Source: the human T2T-CHM13v2.0 reference genome, Homo sapiens. Taken from it: a DNA stretch of 64,000 bases. The notes under the pieces were generated by a model, which worked only from the letters and a program-made list of their open reading frames with translations, was not told where the DNA came from and did not search any database. Every line of letters begins with the position of its first letter. Position 1 is the stretch's first letter. Below are positions 12,490 through 25,198 of the stretch, piece after piece. A program made the position numbers and the translations under genes. The DNA lies in assembly GCF_009914755.1 (NCBI RefSeq), contig NC_060929.1; one strand, 5' to 3'.

Positions 12490-13911
12490 ATTATTGTATG
12501 TGACTCCATTTATTTAGAACTTTCCTACATCTCCCAACACTTTTGCTAGTTTCCTATTTAGAGAGATCTTGCATGTAATTTGTTAAAATCATATATACAT
12601 ATTTTATTTTTATTAGTATTTTACATGGATTTGATTTTTATCATTAATTGCTCATTGGAAATATATAGAAATAAGTTAATGGGTTGACTTATTTTTTCTA
12701 TGATGTGGCTAAAATTACTAGTTTATTCCAGCAGCTGATTTTTACAGTCACTAGAAGTTTATGTATAGGTAATGGAGTTGTTTAAAAATTTAGAATTGTA
12801 TTTTTCATTTCTTAACTGTGTATGTTTTACTTATTTATTTGATTTGTCTCACTGGTTAATTCCTCCCATACAGTAGAGAGAACAATAGTGAAAGAGGACA
12901 CTTTGTCTTCTTCTGGATCTTAAATGAATAATTTATTAGTTCAAACTTCAGTGTGATATTTCCATAGATGCCTTCTATTTGCTTAAGGATGCTTCTTTGT
13001 ATTCTATTGGGGCGAGATATTTTTATTATAATTCTATCTTGAAAATGCCAAATGTTTTTTCTGCCTCAGAGGAAGTTTATATATTTTTTTCATTTTACTC
13101 AGTTAATGTGGTGAGTTTGAAAATTCAAAATACTTGAAAAATCACGTTCCCATCAAACACTGCTTCTTACTCTGCCTTTCTAAGAGGACTACCTTCAACT
13201 TGGGCATTTAGAGGATACTTCCCTTCCTATAGCTCAGGGTTTTTTTGTATTTTTTTTATGTTTAAATTTTAGTGATATTTCTTTTTTGTGTTTTTAAAAT
13301 ATTTTATGGGCTATTGCATTGACCCATTTGTTTCAACTTTACAGCTCTAGTTAAATATAAAAATTAATAAAATGTCAACACTCAAGCATTACATATATCC
13401 CTTGATCTGGTGATTTAGGACTATGAGAAAAATGCTCAATTTCCCTCGATAGAAGGAAGTATCAACTTTTTTATTTATTCATTTATTACTGTAGTCTCAC
13501 AGCCTAAAAAATCATTAGGTCTCCATTGATCAGCAAGCAAATGATCATGATTGCTTTTCTGAATTTTTGACAATTTCAGAATAGGCAAGAAAGCTAAATT
13601 TTAAAAATAAAATGCCAACACCAAGAGTTTAAAATCAAATTCGTCACAATGAATCCCAACAGGAAATAGTTCTTCATTTTATGATTACTCAGAGATTTTG
13701 CTTGTTGTAGTGGTCTTCCTTCTGGCTCATAATTTTTTGCTACTCTGCAGCAGAAATAATAAGAAATATTTTCCCAGTCCACAGTGGTGAAGGAGAAGAA
13801 AACTATAAATCAAAAGTAGCATATTCTGTGGATCATTTATTGAAATAAACACAGTGAGTACAAGATGGGTAATCTATTTGCATAATCAAAGACACCCTTC
13901 ATCTGTGTCTA

Positions 13912-14221
13912 TTTTTTTCTTTTCTTTCTTTTTTTTTTTTGAGACAGAGTCTCACTCTGTTACCCAGGTTGGAGTGCAGTGGCATGATCTTGTCTCACTG
14001 CAGACTCCGCCTCCCGGGTTCCAGCAATCTTCCTGCCACAGCTTCCTGAGTAGCTGGGATTACAAGGTATGGGCCACCATGCCCGGCTAATTTTTGTATT
14101 TTTATTAGAGATGGGGTTTCGCTATGTTGGCCAGACTGGTCTTGAACTCCTGGCCTCAAGTGATCTGCCCGCCTCAGCCTACCAAAGTGCTGGGTTACAG
14201 GCATGAGCGACTTGCCTGGCT
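13912..14221 (-). mobile_element. AluS (Sx/Sz-like), full length
   Basis: Poly-T, then gagacagagtctcactctg...gcctggc; TSD tgtctattttt at 13906-13916 and 14223-14233. Confidence 0.95.
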
Positions 14222-15239
14222 ATGTCTATTTTTAACATAGTTATAGTGAACTATAATCATTTTTACATAAAAACTATTCTTACAAATGTTATATGTATTT
14301 TAGGAGCATACAAACTTATGGGTTTTTTTATTTAATAAAAACCAGTGGCAGATTGATAATGCAGAATATATTATTTATAAAAAATCATTTGTTGTCATAC
14401 AAACATATATTTTATTTGAAAATTATACTTTTGAATAGCTTTTTGGAAAGTTAAAGTATTCTCATTTATTGCATACATTTGTCACCAAAATTATACGAAA
14501 GAGTGTTTGATTCAAAATGTGTGTGTGTGTGTGTTCCTATATAGGACCTGGATAACACATATATATTAAATAAATAAATACATGTATATATCATGCACAC
14601 ACATTTAAATATAATGTAAATGTGTGTGTGTGTGCATGTGTATGTGTATGCAGATGCCCCTCTGGAAACAAATTTAAAAAGAATCCCCTCTTTTGAGTGT
14701 ATAAAGAAGTTCCTTTCTTAAGGAATGGATAACAGGGGTTGGTACTTTGGCTGAATTCCTCTTCCTCTTACTTTCATTAGACTTGGCACTGTTGCATAGA
14801 ACACAATTTTCCAAAATGTAATGTCTGTGTTATGCCTGCAAATGTACCATACATAACAATTTGTCATTTTCTGTAATTACATACTGACCTATTTAACATT
14901 TATCTAACCACTTATATATCTTAATTAAATCAACCCATGTAAATTGTTTATTTCTATTGTCTTTCTCAGTATAATGCACAAGATACCTTTCTCTCTCTAT
15001 ATGTATTTGTCATTTTCATGTCTGTCCCTACATGAATTGACTCTATTTTTCTATTACATAGATATGTGATGTTAGTACAATATATGTTAACTAAAAATGG
15101 ATGATGCAACCTTTTAAAATTATGAACATCACAGTGAAAATTATGTCTCTAAAACCCAATGACCAAAGGGACATTCCAGTTTTTAGAAAAATATCAGGGG
15201 CTTAGGTATTTTCAGATTAAATTTTGAAAAATAGAGTAT

Positions 15240-16990
15240 CTTTCCATTTATTTATGTGGGCAAATTTCCCATTTGTTGACATTAAATCTTAATGGCATAT
15301 TGCCTAAATCTTTCTCAGAAAAGCTTAGCCAAATTGCCTAGGATGTTTCCTTTCTCCCATATTACCATCACTGTATACCATCATATTTCCGATAATTTTA
15401 ACTTTGGAACATGAAAATGGTATTTCAATTTAAATGCGTATGTTTTTCTATTTGCAAAGAGATTAAACATCTCTTCAAGTTTTTAAACTATATGCAGCCC
15501 TTCTTTTCTGCTATACCTGTTCATTTCCTCAAGCTATTTTTCCATCAGACAGTTTTATATTTTCTCATTGATTTGAAGCTTCTATTAAAGTATTGTATAC
15601 ACATGGGTAAATGCACATAAGTTTAAAGCTTAGTGAGTTTTAAAATACTATGATCATCCAGAATAAGAAAATGTAATAGTCACACACCTGATTTCCACCC
15701 ATCCCTCCTAACATAACACTATTCTAACTTTTACCAGTAAGGAATCAAATAGTGTGAGTAGTGTTTTGAACCACATTTTTTTGCTTAATATTTTATTTGT
15801 GAGACTAATTGATTATATGACCTGCAAATGAAACTATTTACATTTATTCCTCTAATATTTTATTAGGTGATCATATTACAACTTATTTGTTTACTGTACT
15901 CTTTATAAGTATTTTAGTCTACTTTTGGCCCACAGTTTGGGGTTATTTTGGTGTTATTCTGAAAAGTGTTTTCATGAGTACACATTTTTTTTTAGCTATA
16001 TATATGCATGCATTTCTGGAGAAACATCTTTACAAACAGAATTTTGGGGCCTAATACATATCTTTATCCAAATTATTTGAACTAAGTTATGCCAATAACA
16101 TCAATTTGAGTGTTCTAATTAGTCAACATTCTCATCAATACTTTGCGTTTTCTCTTCAACTTAGAATTCTAAAATATTCCTTTCAAATTCAGGATTCTGA
16201 ATGACAAGTACTTACATCTCATTGTGGTTTGAATTATTTTTTCAGATAACCAATATAAATAAAAACCTTTTAATAAGTTCATTGGTTATTTGAATATTTT
16301 ATTTTTGAAGTGTCTAAAATATTTTCTTTTTAATCCTGTCCAGTTATTTTTCTGTGGTTTGCTTCTTGTTGTCTTATTGAGTTCATTGCCTTTTTAATAT
16401 TCTTTTCCAGTTAACATTTCCCCCTCATTGATCTGAAATGTTTTCATTATATACCACCTTTCCATATCTGTCAATGTCTTGATTTTCTATATGATCTTCA
16501 TCTATCTGTATTTATAACTCATTTTAATCATAGAAGCTTTAAGAATTGCTTAATATTTTGTATTGACTCCAAATTCCATTGATTTTATAGGATATTTCTA
16601 GCTATTCTTGCTTCTTTATTCCTCCAAGTAAATTTGTCTATTTTTCTGAATCTGGAAAAAGAAATTCTAGAAAATATTGTTTTGTTATGACATAGAAGAT
16701 ATAAGTTTATTTAAAGAACTGGCACATTTATGATTTTAAGGCTTTTTCAAGAGCATGGAATTTCTTTCCCCGTGCTCAAGTCCAAATGTGTGCCATTCAG
16801 AAGTGTTTTCTAGTTTTTTTTATATATAGGTTTTAAACATTTCTGGTTAAGTTTATGCCCTCACATTTTATTTTAGTTTGGTTAATGACGTTTTACATGG
16901 TGAGTTCCTCAATTATTTCTTTTAAATGTTCTGATTCAATAGGAACACTCTCCTTAGTATCCTTAACAGAAATGATTCTTGTTTATAGAA
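15240..16990 (-). mobile_element. Ancient L1M fragments
   Basis: Antisense L1 motifs: atctcattgtggtttgaatt, gctattcttgcttctttattcctccaagtaaattt, tttttcaagagcatggaatttctttcc; highly decayed. Confidence 0.55.
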
Positions 16991-18879
16991 TTGCTAAATA
17001 AGTAAAGAAATTTTAAGTTAAATCATGGCAAGGAGTTATAATTATACTCAGCTTTTTTGTTCCTAGAGATTTTGGCTCATTCATATGGTAATCTATATGA
17101 AAATTTTTCTGTGATATCTAATATTAGAAAGATCCTCAATGATAGAATAGTGTTTCTTCCTAGCTGATTCATACATCTTTCTCTGCCAATATTTTGTTTG
17201 TTGAAGTGTTCCCCAACATATGACTCGTTGCTTACTAAATCCCTATTGAGCAGCCAAAGCCCTGGTGACTAATTATGTCATTAATTTGGGAAAGTCAGAG
17301 ACAATAAGACTGTCAGTTGAAACTTTGTAGGAGGTAAAAAAGTCACTGCTGTCAGCTGCAAAGATCCTTAAAATGGTCTTTAATAAAGTCAAATTTTGTG
17401 ACAATAATTATTGCATCAAAGTCGGGGAAATACCTCTTAGATCAAATAAGATACATTGAAAAGCCAAAAATTATTTTTATCTCACTTTGTATTCTCATAA
17501 GGTCTATCCACTGTTACTTGGATATGAGACTTAACAAATGGAAAAGAAGACAGGGGTACTATCACACTGTATTTTCCTATGGCCTAATGACCACAATGGT
17601 TGATGAACTGCAGTAAAGTTTCTATAATATTTTCCATCTGTTCATTTGCTCAATCACCTTGTAATGGTTATGTCGGTTAATTCCAGTCTTTCATGTGTAA
17701 GCAACAAAATGAGACTTATTTTGAAATATCCAGTATTTTTCTATTCTTACAAATAATTTTCAGGATCAATGCATTGAGGATTAGGAATGGCAATGTGTAT
17801 TACTACTTTGATACCAACTATATCCAATCTAATGTTGGAATTTGTTTGACAAAGTGTTGTGTATTTGAAAATAGGTAGCACTGAATAAAAAGAATATGGG
17901 CAAAAGAAAAATGGAAGTGTTTTGAATGGAAGTCTAAAATATTTATTGATCAATGCTGAACTGAGTAAGCAGGAGATGCCTGTACTTAAATGACATTATC
18001 CTGATCTAGTAACAGGGGGAAGCAGAATATCTGAAAGCTGTTTATTAATTTGATAATAATAAGATTAGAAACATGCAAATCAAGATTAATAGTATTCACT
18101 TCTAATTGGGTTTAGGTAGACTTTGACTATTTTGCTTCTGATGTTCTTATATTTTTAATTTTCTATAATGATCATATAATATATAATATTTTCATAATAT
18201 TAAACATTTTAGAATTAAACTCCATTAGAGTGTATCTTTCCTAAAATAATATAAACATCCAATCTTGTCATTAACAATTCCGTTCTCAAACATTAGCCTT
18301 TTCCCTCAAGCCAATGTTGCTTTCGACCCATATTGTCCATCATTTCAATTTATCTCAAAGTTTTTTATTGCAACAATTAAATGCTTTGAATGATACCCAA
18401 GGCATAGTTCTATTTCAATAAAATTTCAAAGTTAATAGTTACATCAAATTTTGTTGGTGCTCATTGAATTTGGTTATTAAAACCATAAGTAGTATGTTTT
18501 ATGCTGACTGAGGGAGATAAAAGTAGTAATGTTTAATATTCAAACTGTGATGACTGAAAAAAAAATTAGAAGCCTGTAAAATCTTATTTAATGTCAAATT
18601 TTAATTAAACAGGCTTAGCAGACCAAAATTAAAATCTCAATTATTTTTAAATTATTAATGACAGACAACTAGATTGAGTGAACACTGGCATCTCTTTTCA
18701 AATAACTTAGTTTAGTGGATGAGTTAAACATAAACTAGTTATTATAATGCAGCGAAGTATGTGAAAAATTTAATTTGAACCCTACTTAGCTTAAAATCCT
18801 GACATTCTAGGATGCAAGTCCTGCAAACTTTCCATATGTAATTAACAATTTTCTAAACATGCATGCTGTATCTCTCCTG

Positions 18880-19190
18880 TGTGACTTTGCATACCTCATT
18901 CCCACATTCTAGATTACCCCAACCCACCTTAAGTGACTGCTTTTGCATAATCTCCCTTAAAATTCTAACTCAAGCACTGCATCTTTTGAGTCCTTCCCTA
19001 ACATCTTAACATCTTCCTTCTTTCATTCATCATTAACTATAGTTAGTTATTATAGCACCTGTTAGCACTGTAAAATTATGTGTGTTACACAAGTACAACA
19101 TGCAGACTAAGGTCGTGTATTACCTAGCCTCATATCAGCATCACCTAGAACAGCAAAAATGTATGCAGATTAATCACAATATATTTGGAT
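18880..19190 (+). mobile_element. L2 3' fragment
   Basis: gactttgcatacctcattccc...ctcaagcactgcatcttttgagtccttccctaac...catcacctagaacag. Confidence 0.5.
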
Positions 19191-19385
19191 GTACAAAATA
19201 TATTGAGAGCAAAATATGATGGAAATTTAGGTGATGCTCTTTGAGCACTGCTTCCATTTTCCAATAATGTAACCAGGAATCACTGTTCATATAATTAAAG
19301 AACAATAAGTCTATGTGAATCAAAATATACGTATACATGCAAATGTTAAACCTCAGTAGGAAGAGGCTCATTCTCTTGCTTGCTG

Positions 19386-19386
<1 letters not shown>

Positions 19387-19419
<33 letters not shown>

Positions 19420-19455
19420 TCATATATATATGTTGTGTGTATATGTATATACACA
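19387..19455. repeat. (TA)15 microsatellite with TG/TA extension
   Basis: Pure tatata run 19387-19416. Confidence 0.95.
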
Positions 19456-20405
19456 CAACAATCTATAGGCTTGCTTTTTAAAATAGTATAAGCAACAAAT
19501 TTTAAGAGAAACAATAATGAGTGTGTAAAACATTAGATATGTGTATGTACCTTTGCTATTATTTGTGGAAATGGGGCTATAAAATAAGCTCCTTTATTTT
19601 CTTTTGTAAAACATTTCTTTAATATGAAGTAATGCAATACGTATTTATGTTCTAAGTGTTTTAATTTCCTTGGATATAAAATAATATCTTATTCCTTTGA
19701 TTCTCTTACATATAAGTGTATTTACTCAGATATTACTCCAAATACACCAGATATATTCAAAGTTGAAAAAATATATACTTTGGAATGTATTATCACCTTA
19801 TTTCACATTAAGAAATCAAAATCTCTGGTATCCAAGTGCATTCCAGCCTGAAAAAAATTATGCAATTGTGAATTTAACAGAAAGCAAATTGCTCACATAT
19901 GGAGTCAACGTGAAGCTATATCAATATTTATTAAAAGTTTATATATTACTTTTGATCCCCTGGAGAGAAATACAAAATTCAAATAATTATTCTATTTTTA
20001 TATCCCAATTTGTAATTATGAAACTCTAGCATTTTAATTTTTCTCTTTCAAGTTTACCTGAAGCTTTACAAAATTCTGTGAGGAATCTATTATAACAGGT
20101 ATTTTGCTTATTTCCACACAAACAGAAGGAAATGTGTATTTTCTATGCCCTGAAGAATTTACTCTTTTCTGTAAATGACATATGGTAGTTAATTCTTTTT
20201 GGTAATAAAATATTCCTGTTTTTATGCCGAACAGCCTTTTCATTTAAATTCAGGGCAACATATCAAAGCTTTGCCGTAATAATACAGAGTAATCAACTAA
20301 AGTAGTATAGAATTTAAATAACAAAGAGTTTAAACAATTTAATATGTCTTCTATTAATTTCAAACTGAAATTTTACAGCAATTATTTGGAATATGCTGCC
20401 AGAGT

Positions 20406-20458
20406 ACACACACACACACACACACACGCATCACACGCTCACATCACACACTCACACC
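20406..20458. repeat. (CA)n microsatellite
   Basis: acacacacac... followed by a degenerate extension. Confidence 0.9.
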
Positions 20459-20624
20459 CAGCTAAAGGAAATTACCACAGCTATAATGATTTCATTAAAT
20501 ATCTGAAATTAAAGTTTCTTTTGGACTTTCAGCTGAAGCTCATAGTAAATAAAAGTAATATGATCATTGTTGCATACTGTGACTCAACAGCACACAGAAA
20601 CCTTAGACTTTCTATATTTACACA

Positions 20625-21110
20625 GCTTAATTATCCGAACTGAAACCTGAGGCCATCTGTGTCAACACGATTTCACAATTCATTCCAGAAAATTATTTTT
20701 CAGGAAAGTAAGGCTGCAAACCAATAAATAACTTATTGTTTGCTTCAGGAAATTTCTGCAAATCAATTTATGTCAGTAAGCAACTCTCCTCTGGGCCAAC
20801 AGATTGCTCACCTGGGCAGGTAGCAGCTTGTGTCAATAACAGTTTACTTATGAAGACTTCTGTCATGGCCCTTAACTCACAGTGTCCCCCAATCCTAAAC
20901 TCTATGTCCTGAACATTACCTATTCTTATCAGTCATTGGTCTTGAAAGGCCCCGGGCAACCATTTGAGCCCAGACTTCAATACTCTATCAATACCACCTT
21001 ATCATCTACTTTTCTAACATAACCCCTCAAGGTGGTGACCCCACTTAACAGTCGTATTTTATTGAATTTAGCTTTCCCTAATCAACATGCTAGTCTATTG
21101 GATGCAGTGT
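20625..21110 (+). mobile_element. Possible old ERV1-class LTR remnant (MER90/MER110-like)
   Basis: cttgaaaggccc...caaggtggtgaccccactta...ttagctttccctaatcaaca resembles the 3' end of these LTRs; weak match. Confidence 0.3.
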
Positions 21111-21421
21111 CAGAGGCAACAATCACAGAGGTTCTGAAAGCATCAGCCCATGGTTTTCTAAACATCATGGTTCAAGACCCTTAACACGAAACAGAAAGTT
21201 TCCCCGAGGCGCCGTAAACAACCCGTTTGGGCGCTTCCCTGATAATTATAGTGAAATCTGGCATCTAATTTTTTTTGGTGGACTCTCAAATTTTATATTT
21301 ATGTTTTGATTCCTAGAAATAAAAAATGTTTTTATAAGGAATTCTTTGATCGTTTATGTTTTATTCTTGATAGAAACCTACTTTATAACTTCGAACATTA
21401 TTGATGTTCTTCCTGTATTTC

Positions 21422-22480
21422 TGAGAGGTGACAGCTTGCTGGCATCCCTCGCTGGCTCTCCGCGCCTCCTCGGCCTCAGCCCACTCTGGCCGCGCTTGAG
21501 GAGCCCTTCAGCCCGCAGCTGCACCGTGGGAGCCCCTCTCTGTGCTGGCTGAGGCCTGAGCGGGCTCCCTCTGCTGGCGGGGAGGTGTGGAGGGAGAGGC
21601 GCGGGCCGGAACCTGGGCTGCCTGCGGTGCTCGCAGGTCCAGCGCGACTTCCGGGTGGGCGCGGGCTCGGCGCGCCCCGCATTCTGAGCGGTCGGCTGGC
21701 GCCGCCGGCCCTGGGCAGTGAGAGGCTTAGCACCCGGGCCAGCAGCTGCGGAGGGTGCACTGGGTCCTCCAACAGTGATGGCCCGCCGGCGCCGCGCTCG
21801 AATTTTCGCTGGGCCTCAGCCACCTCCCCGCGGGGCAAGGGGGCAGGGCTCGGGACCTGCAGCCTGCCATGCTGGAGCCCTCACCCTGCCCCCCGCCCCC
21901 GTCCCCTGCCCCCCGCCCCCCAACCGCGGGCTCCCGCGCGCCACCCCGAGGGGACGGGCGCCACCTCCTGCTACGCGGCACCCGGTCCCGTCAACCGCCC
22001 AACGGCTGAGGAGTGCGGGAGCGCGCCAGAGACTGGCGGGCAGCTCCGCCCGCGGCCGGGATGCACTAGGCAAAGCCAGCTGGGCTCCTGAGTCCGGTGG
22101 GTACTTGGAGAACTTACTACGTCTAGCTGGAGGATTGTAAATGCACCAATCAGCATGCTGTGTCTAGCTCAAGGTATGTGAACGCACCAATCAGTGCTCT
22201 GTGTCTAGCTAATCTGGTGGGGACTTGGAGAACTTTTGTGTCTAGCTAAAGGATTGTAAACAGACCAATCAGCTCTCTATGAAATGGACCAATCATCAGG
22301 ATGTGGGTGGGGTGAGATAAGGGAATAAAAGCGGCTGCCACAGCCAGCAACAGCAACGTGCTAGGGTCCCTTTCCACAGTGTGGAGGCTTTGTTCTTTTG
22401 CTCTTTGCAATCTTGCTGCTGCTCACTGTTTGGCTCTGCACAGAGCTGTAACACTCACCAAGAAGGTCTGCAGCTTCACC
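21422..22480 (+). mobile_element. ERV9 LTR12 (LTR12D/E-like) solo LTR, 3'-truncated
   Basis: Canonical start tgagaggtgacagc; GC-rich U3; tgtctagct/caccaatcagc enhancer repeats; gagctgtaacactcacc repeat; stops before the normal ...ccggacaca end. Confidence 0.95.
22140..22335 (+). promoter_or_regulatory. LTR12 U3 enhancer/promoter: four CCAAT (NF-Y) boxes, GATA site, AATAAAA TATA-like box
   Basis: CCAAT at 22146, 22187, 22265 and 22289; GATAA at 22316; AATAAAA at 22324-22330; same layout as the characterised ERV9 LTR promoter. Confidence 0.7.
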
Positions 22481-23620
22481 CAAAGATATTCCAAAGATAC
22501 AGAAAACTATATAGAGACATTTTGTATAGTTCTAATAGCATATAATCCACAGGTCCCTGATCTATAATATGGGTTTTTTATAAAATTGGTTTTTTGTATG
22601 CTATGAGGAATTTTACTTGTTAAAAAGAAGAGGTGGAAAGGCAGAATATGAAAACTATGAGAATGACATAAGAGACTATGAATTAGGTGAGAAACCAGAG
22701 AGATTTAGAAACCTGTAGACATTGTGCATCCCCCAATGCCTTTCCCCTTAAAAAAATATTATATTCTAATCCAGTCCATCAAATAAAGTCTACATTCATT
22801 AGAAACATATTCTCTTGGTTTTTATAATTTCAGTTTTTTTCAGACACAGATAGTGCATATGCAGATTTGTTACTTTTGTACAGTGCACCCTGGTAGTGAG
22901 CATAGTACCCAGTAGGTAATTATTCAGCCCATGCTCCCCTCTCTCCCCCACCCCCATAGCCTGCAGCATGTCTTGTTCCCATGTTAATGTTCCTGTGTGC
23001 TCAATGTTTAGGTTCCACTTATAAGTGAGAATGTGTGGTATCTGGTTTTCTTTTCCAGCACTAATTTGCTTAGGATTATGTCCTTAGCTCTATCCATGTT
23101 GCTGCAAAGGACATAATTTCATTCTTTTTTATGGAGGCATAGTATTCCATAGTGTATATGTACCACATTTTCTTTATCCAATCCACCGTTGATGGGCACC
23201 TAGGTTCATTCCATGTCTCTGCTATTGTGAATAACATGCTGATGAACATACGAGTGCATATATATTTTTCTGGTAGAATAATTTATTTTCCTTTGAATAT
23301 ATACCCAGTAATGGGAATGCTGGGTGGAAGGGTATCTCTGTTTTAAGTTCTTAGAGAAATCTCCAAAATACTTTCCACAGTACCTGAACCAGTTTACATT
23401 TCCACCAACAGTAGTGTATAAGCATTCCCTTTACTCTGCAGCCTGGCCAACATCTAATTTTTTGACTTTTTAATTATAGCTATTGTGACTGATGTGAGTT
23501 GGCATCTTACTGTGGTTTTTGCTTGCATTTATTTATTTGATGATTAGTGAGGATGAGTGTTTTTTCATATACTTGAGTGTCTTCTTTTGAGAAAATATCT
23601 GTTCATGTCCTTTGCCTTTT

Positions 23621-23924
23621 CTTGATTTAAATTTTAAGTTCTGGGGTACATGTGCAGGAAGCGCAGTTTTGTTACATAGATAAACGTGTGTGGTGGTGGT
23701 TTGCTGCACCTATCAACCCATCACCTAGGTATTAAACCCAGCATGCAGTAGCTATTTTTCCTGATGCTCTCCCTCTCCTCAACCCCCTACAGAAAATTAT
23801 AGTGTGTGTTGTGTGTTGTTCCCCATTGTGTGTTGTTCCCCTCCCTGTGTCCATGTGTTCCCATTGTTCAGCTCCCACTTATAAGTGAGAAGATGCGGAG
23901 TTTGATTTTCTGCTCCTGTATTAG
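23621..23924 (-). mobile_element. 5'-truncated L1PA8-10-like 3' end nested in the older L1
   Basis: ttaagttctggggtacatgtgcagg...atcaacccatcacctaggtatt; flanked by ctttgcc(c)tttt duplication. Confidence 0.85.
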
Positions 23925-24751
23925 CTTTGCCCTTTTTAACTGGGGTTGTTTTATGCTTGTCATTTTTTCTTCCTTATGGATTTGTTATATTAGATCTTTA
24001 TCAGATTCATAGTTTGCAAATATTTTCTCCCATTCTGTAAGTTGTCTGTTTACTCTGTGGATAGTTTCTATTGCTGTGCAGAAGCTTTTTAGTTTGATTG
24101 ACTCTCACTTGTCAATTTCGTTTTTGTTGCAGTTGTTTTTAGAAACTTAGCCAAAAATTATTTGCCAAGGCCAACGTCGAGAAAAATATTTCCTAGGTTT
24201 TGTTTTAGAGTTTTCATAACTTGAAGTCTTACATTTTAACCTTTAATCCATCTTGAATTAATTTGTGTGTATGGTGGAAGGTAAGCATCCAGTTTCACTC
24301 TTCTGCTTATGGCTAGCGAATTATCCCAGCACCATTTATTGAATAGGGTGCCTTTTCCCCATTGTTTGTTTTTGTTGGCCTTGTCCAAGATCAGATGGTG
24401 GTAAGTGTGCAGCTTTAGTTTTGAGTGTTCTGTTCCATTGGCTTAAGTGTCTGCTTTTGTAACAGTATCATGGTTAGTGTACACTTATAGTATAGCTGGA
24501 AATTGGGTAGTATGATGCCTCTCTGGCTTTATTATTTTTGCTCAGAATTGCTTTGGCCATTCTGGCTTTTGGGGGTGTTCCGTATAAATTTAGAATAGTT
24601 TTTTCTAATTCTGTGAAGAATGATGTTGGTAGTTTCATGGAGATAGCCTTGAATCTACAAATTGCTTTGGGCAGTATGGCCATTTTAACAATATTGGTTC
24701 TTTTAATCTGTAAACATGGAATGTTATTCCATTTATTTGTGTTATCAAAAT

Positions 24752-24935
24752 TTCCTTCCTTCCTTCCTTCCTTCCTTCCTTCCTTCCTTCCTTCCTTCCT
24801 TTCCTTCCTTCCTTCCTTCCTTTCCTTCCTTCCTTCCTTCTTTCCTTCCTTCCTTCTTTCCTTCTTTCCTTCCTTCCCTCCCTCCCTTCCTCCCTCCCTT
24901 CCTTCCATCCTTCCTTCCTTTTCTTATTTCCTTCC
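24752..24935. repeat. (CCTT)n expansion forming the tail of the adjacent AluJ
   Basis: About 185 bp of ttcc units directly abutting the Alu 3' end. Confidence 0.95.
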
Positions 24936-25198
24936 TTTTTTGAGACAGGGTCTCACCCTTTCACCCAGGCTGGAATGCAGTGGAGTTATTATAGCTCACT
25001 GCAGGCTTGAACTCCTGGCCTCAAGCCGTCAGGGTAGTTAGGACTACAGGCATGTGCCACCATGCCTCACTATTTAAAAAAAAAAAAAAATTTGTATAGA
25101 TGAGGTTCCACTATGTTGCCCAGGTTGGTCTCAAACTCCTGGGTTCAAGCGATATACCTGCCTCGGCCTCCCAAAGGCATGAACCACTGCATTCAGCT
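24936..25198 (-). mobile_element. AluJ (Jo-like) with internal deletions
   Basis: gagacagggtctcacc...atagctcactgcagg...actatgttgcccaggttggtctcaaactcctggg are AluJ diagnostics. Confidence 0.9.

Larger units (their letters stand above)
10385..13110 (-). mobile_element. Ancient L1M(E/C) element, fragmented, interrupted by MER20 and an MST LTR
   Basis: Antisense L1 3'UTR/ORF2 motifs: ttatgagatataattaaca, taggataaatgcctaggggtagaattgg, ctattccattccatt, ccatagatgccttctattt. Confidence 0.6.

Noticed and set aside
21346-22156. Cluster of overlapping Pro/Gly/Arg/Ala-rich ORFs
   Set aside because: Artefact of stop-poor GC-rich LTR12 sequence.
22120-22300. Regularly spaced tgtctagct/accaatcag repeats resembling a CRISPR-like array
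   Set aside because: Known LTR12 U3 tandem enhancer repeats; eukaryotic context, no unique spacers, no cas genes.
24474-25041. ORFs with KEGR or PSFL repeats
   Set aside because: Translations of the (CCTT)n microsatellite fused to L1/Alu sequence.
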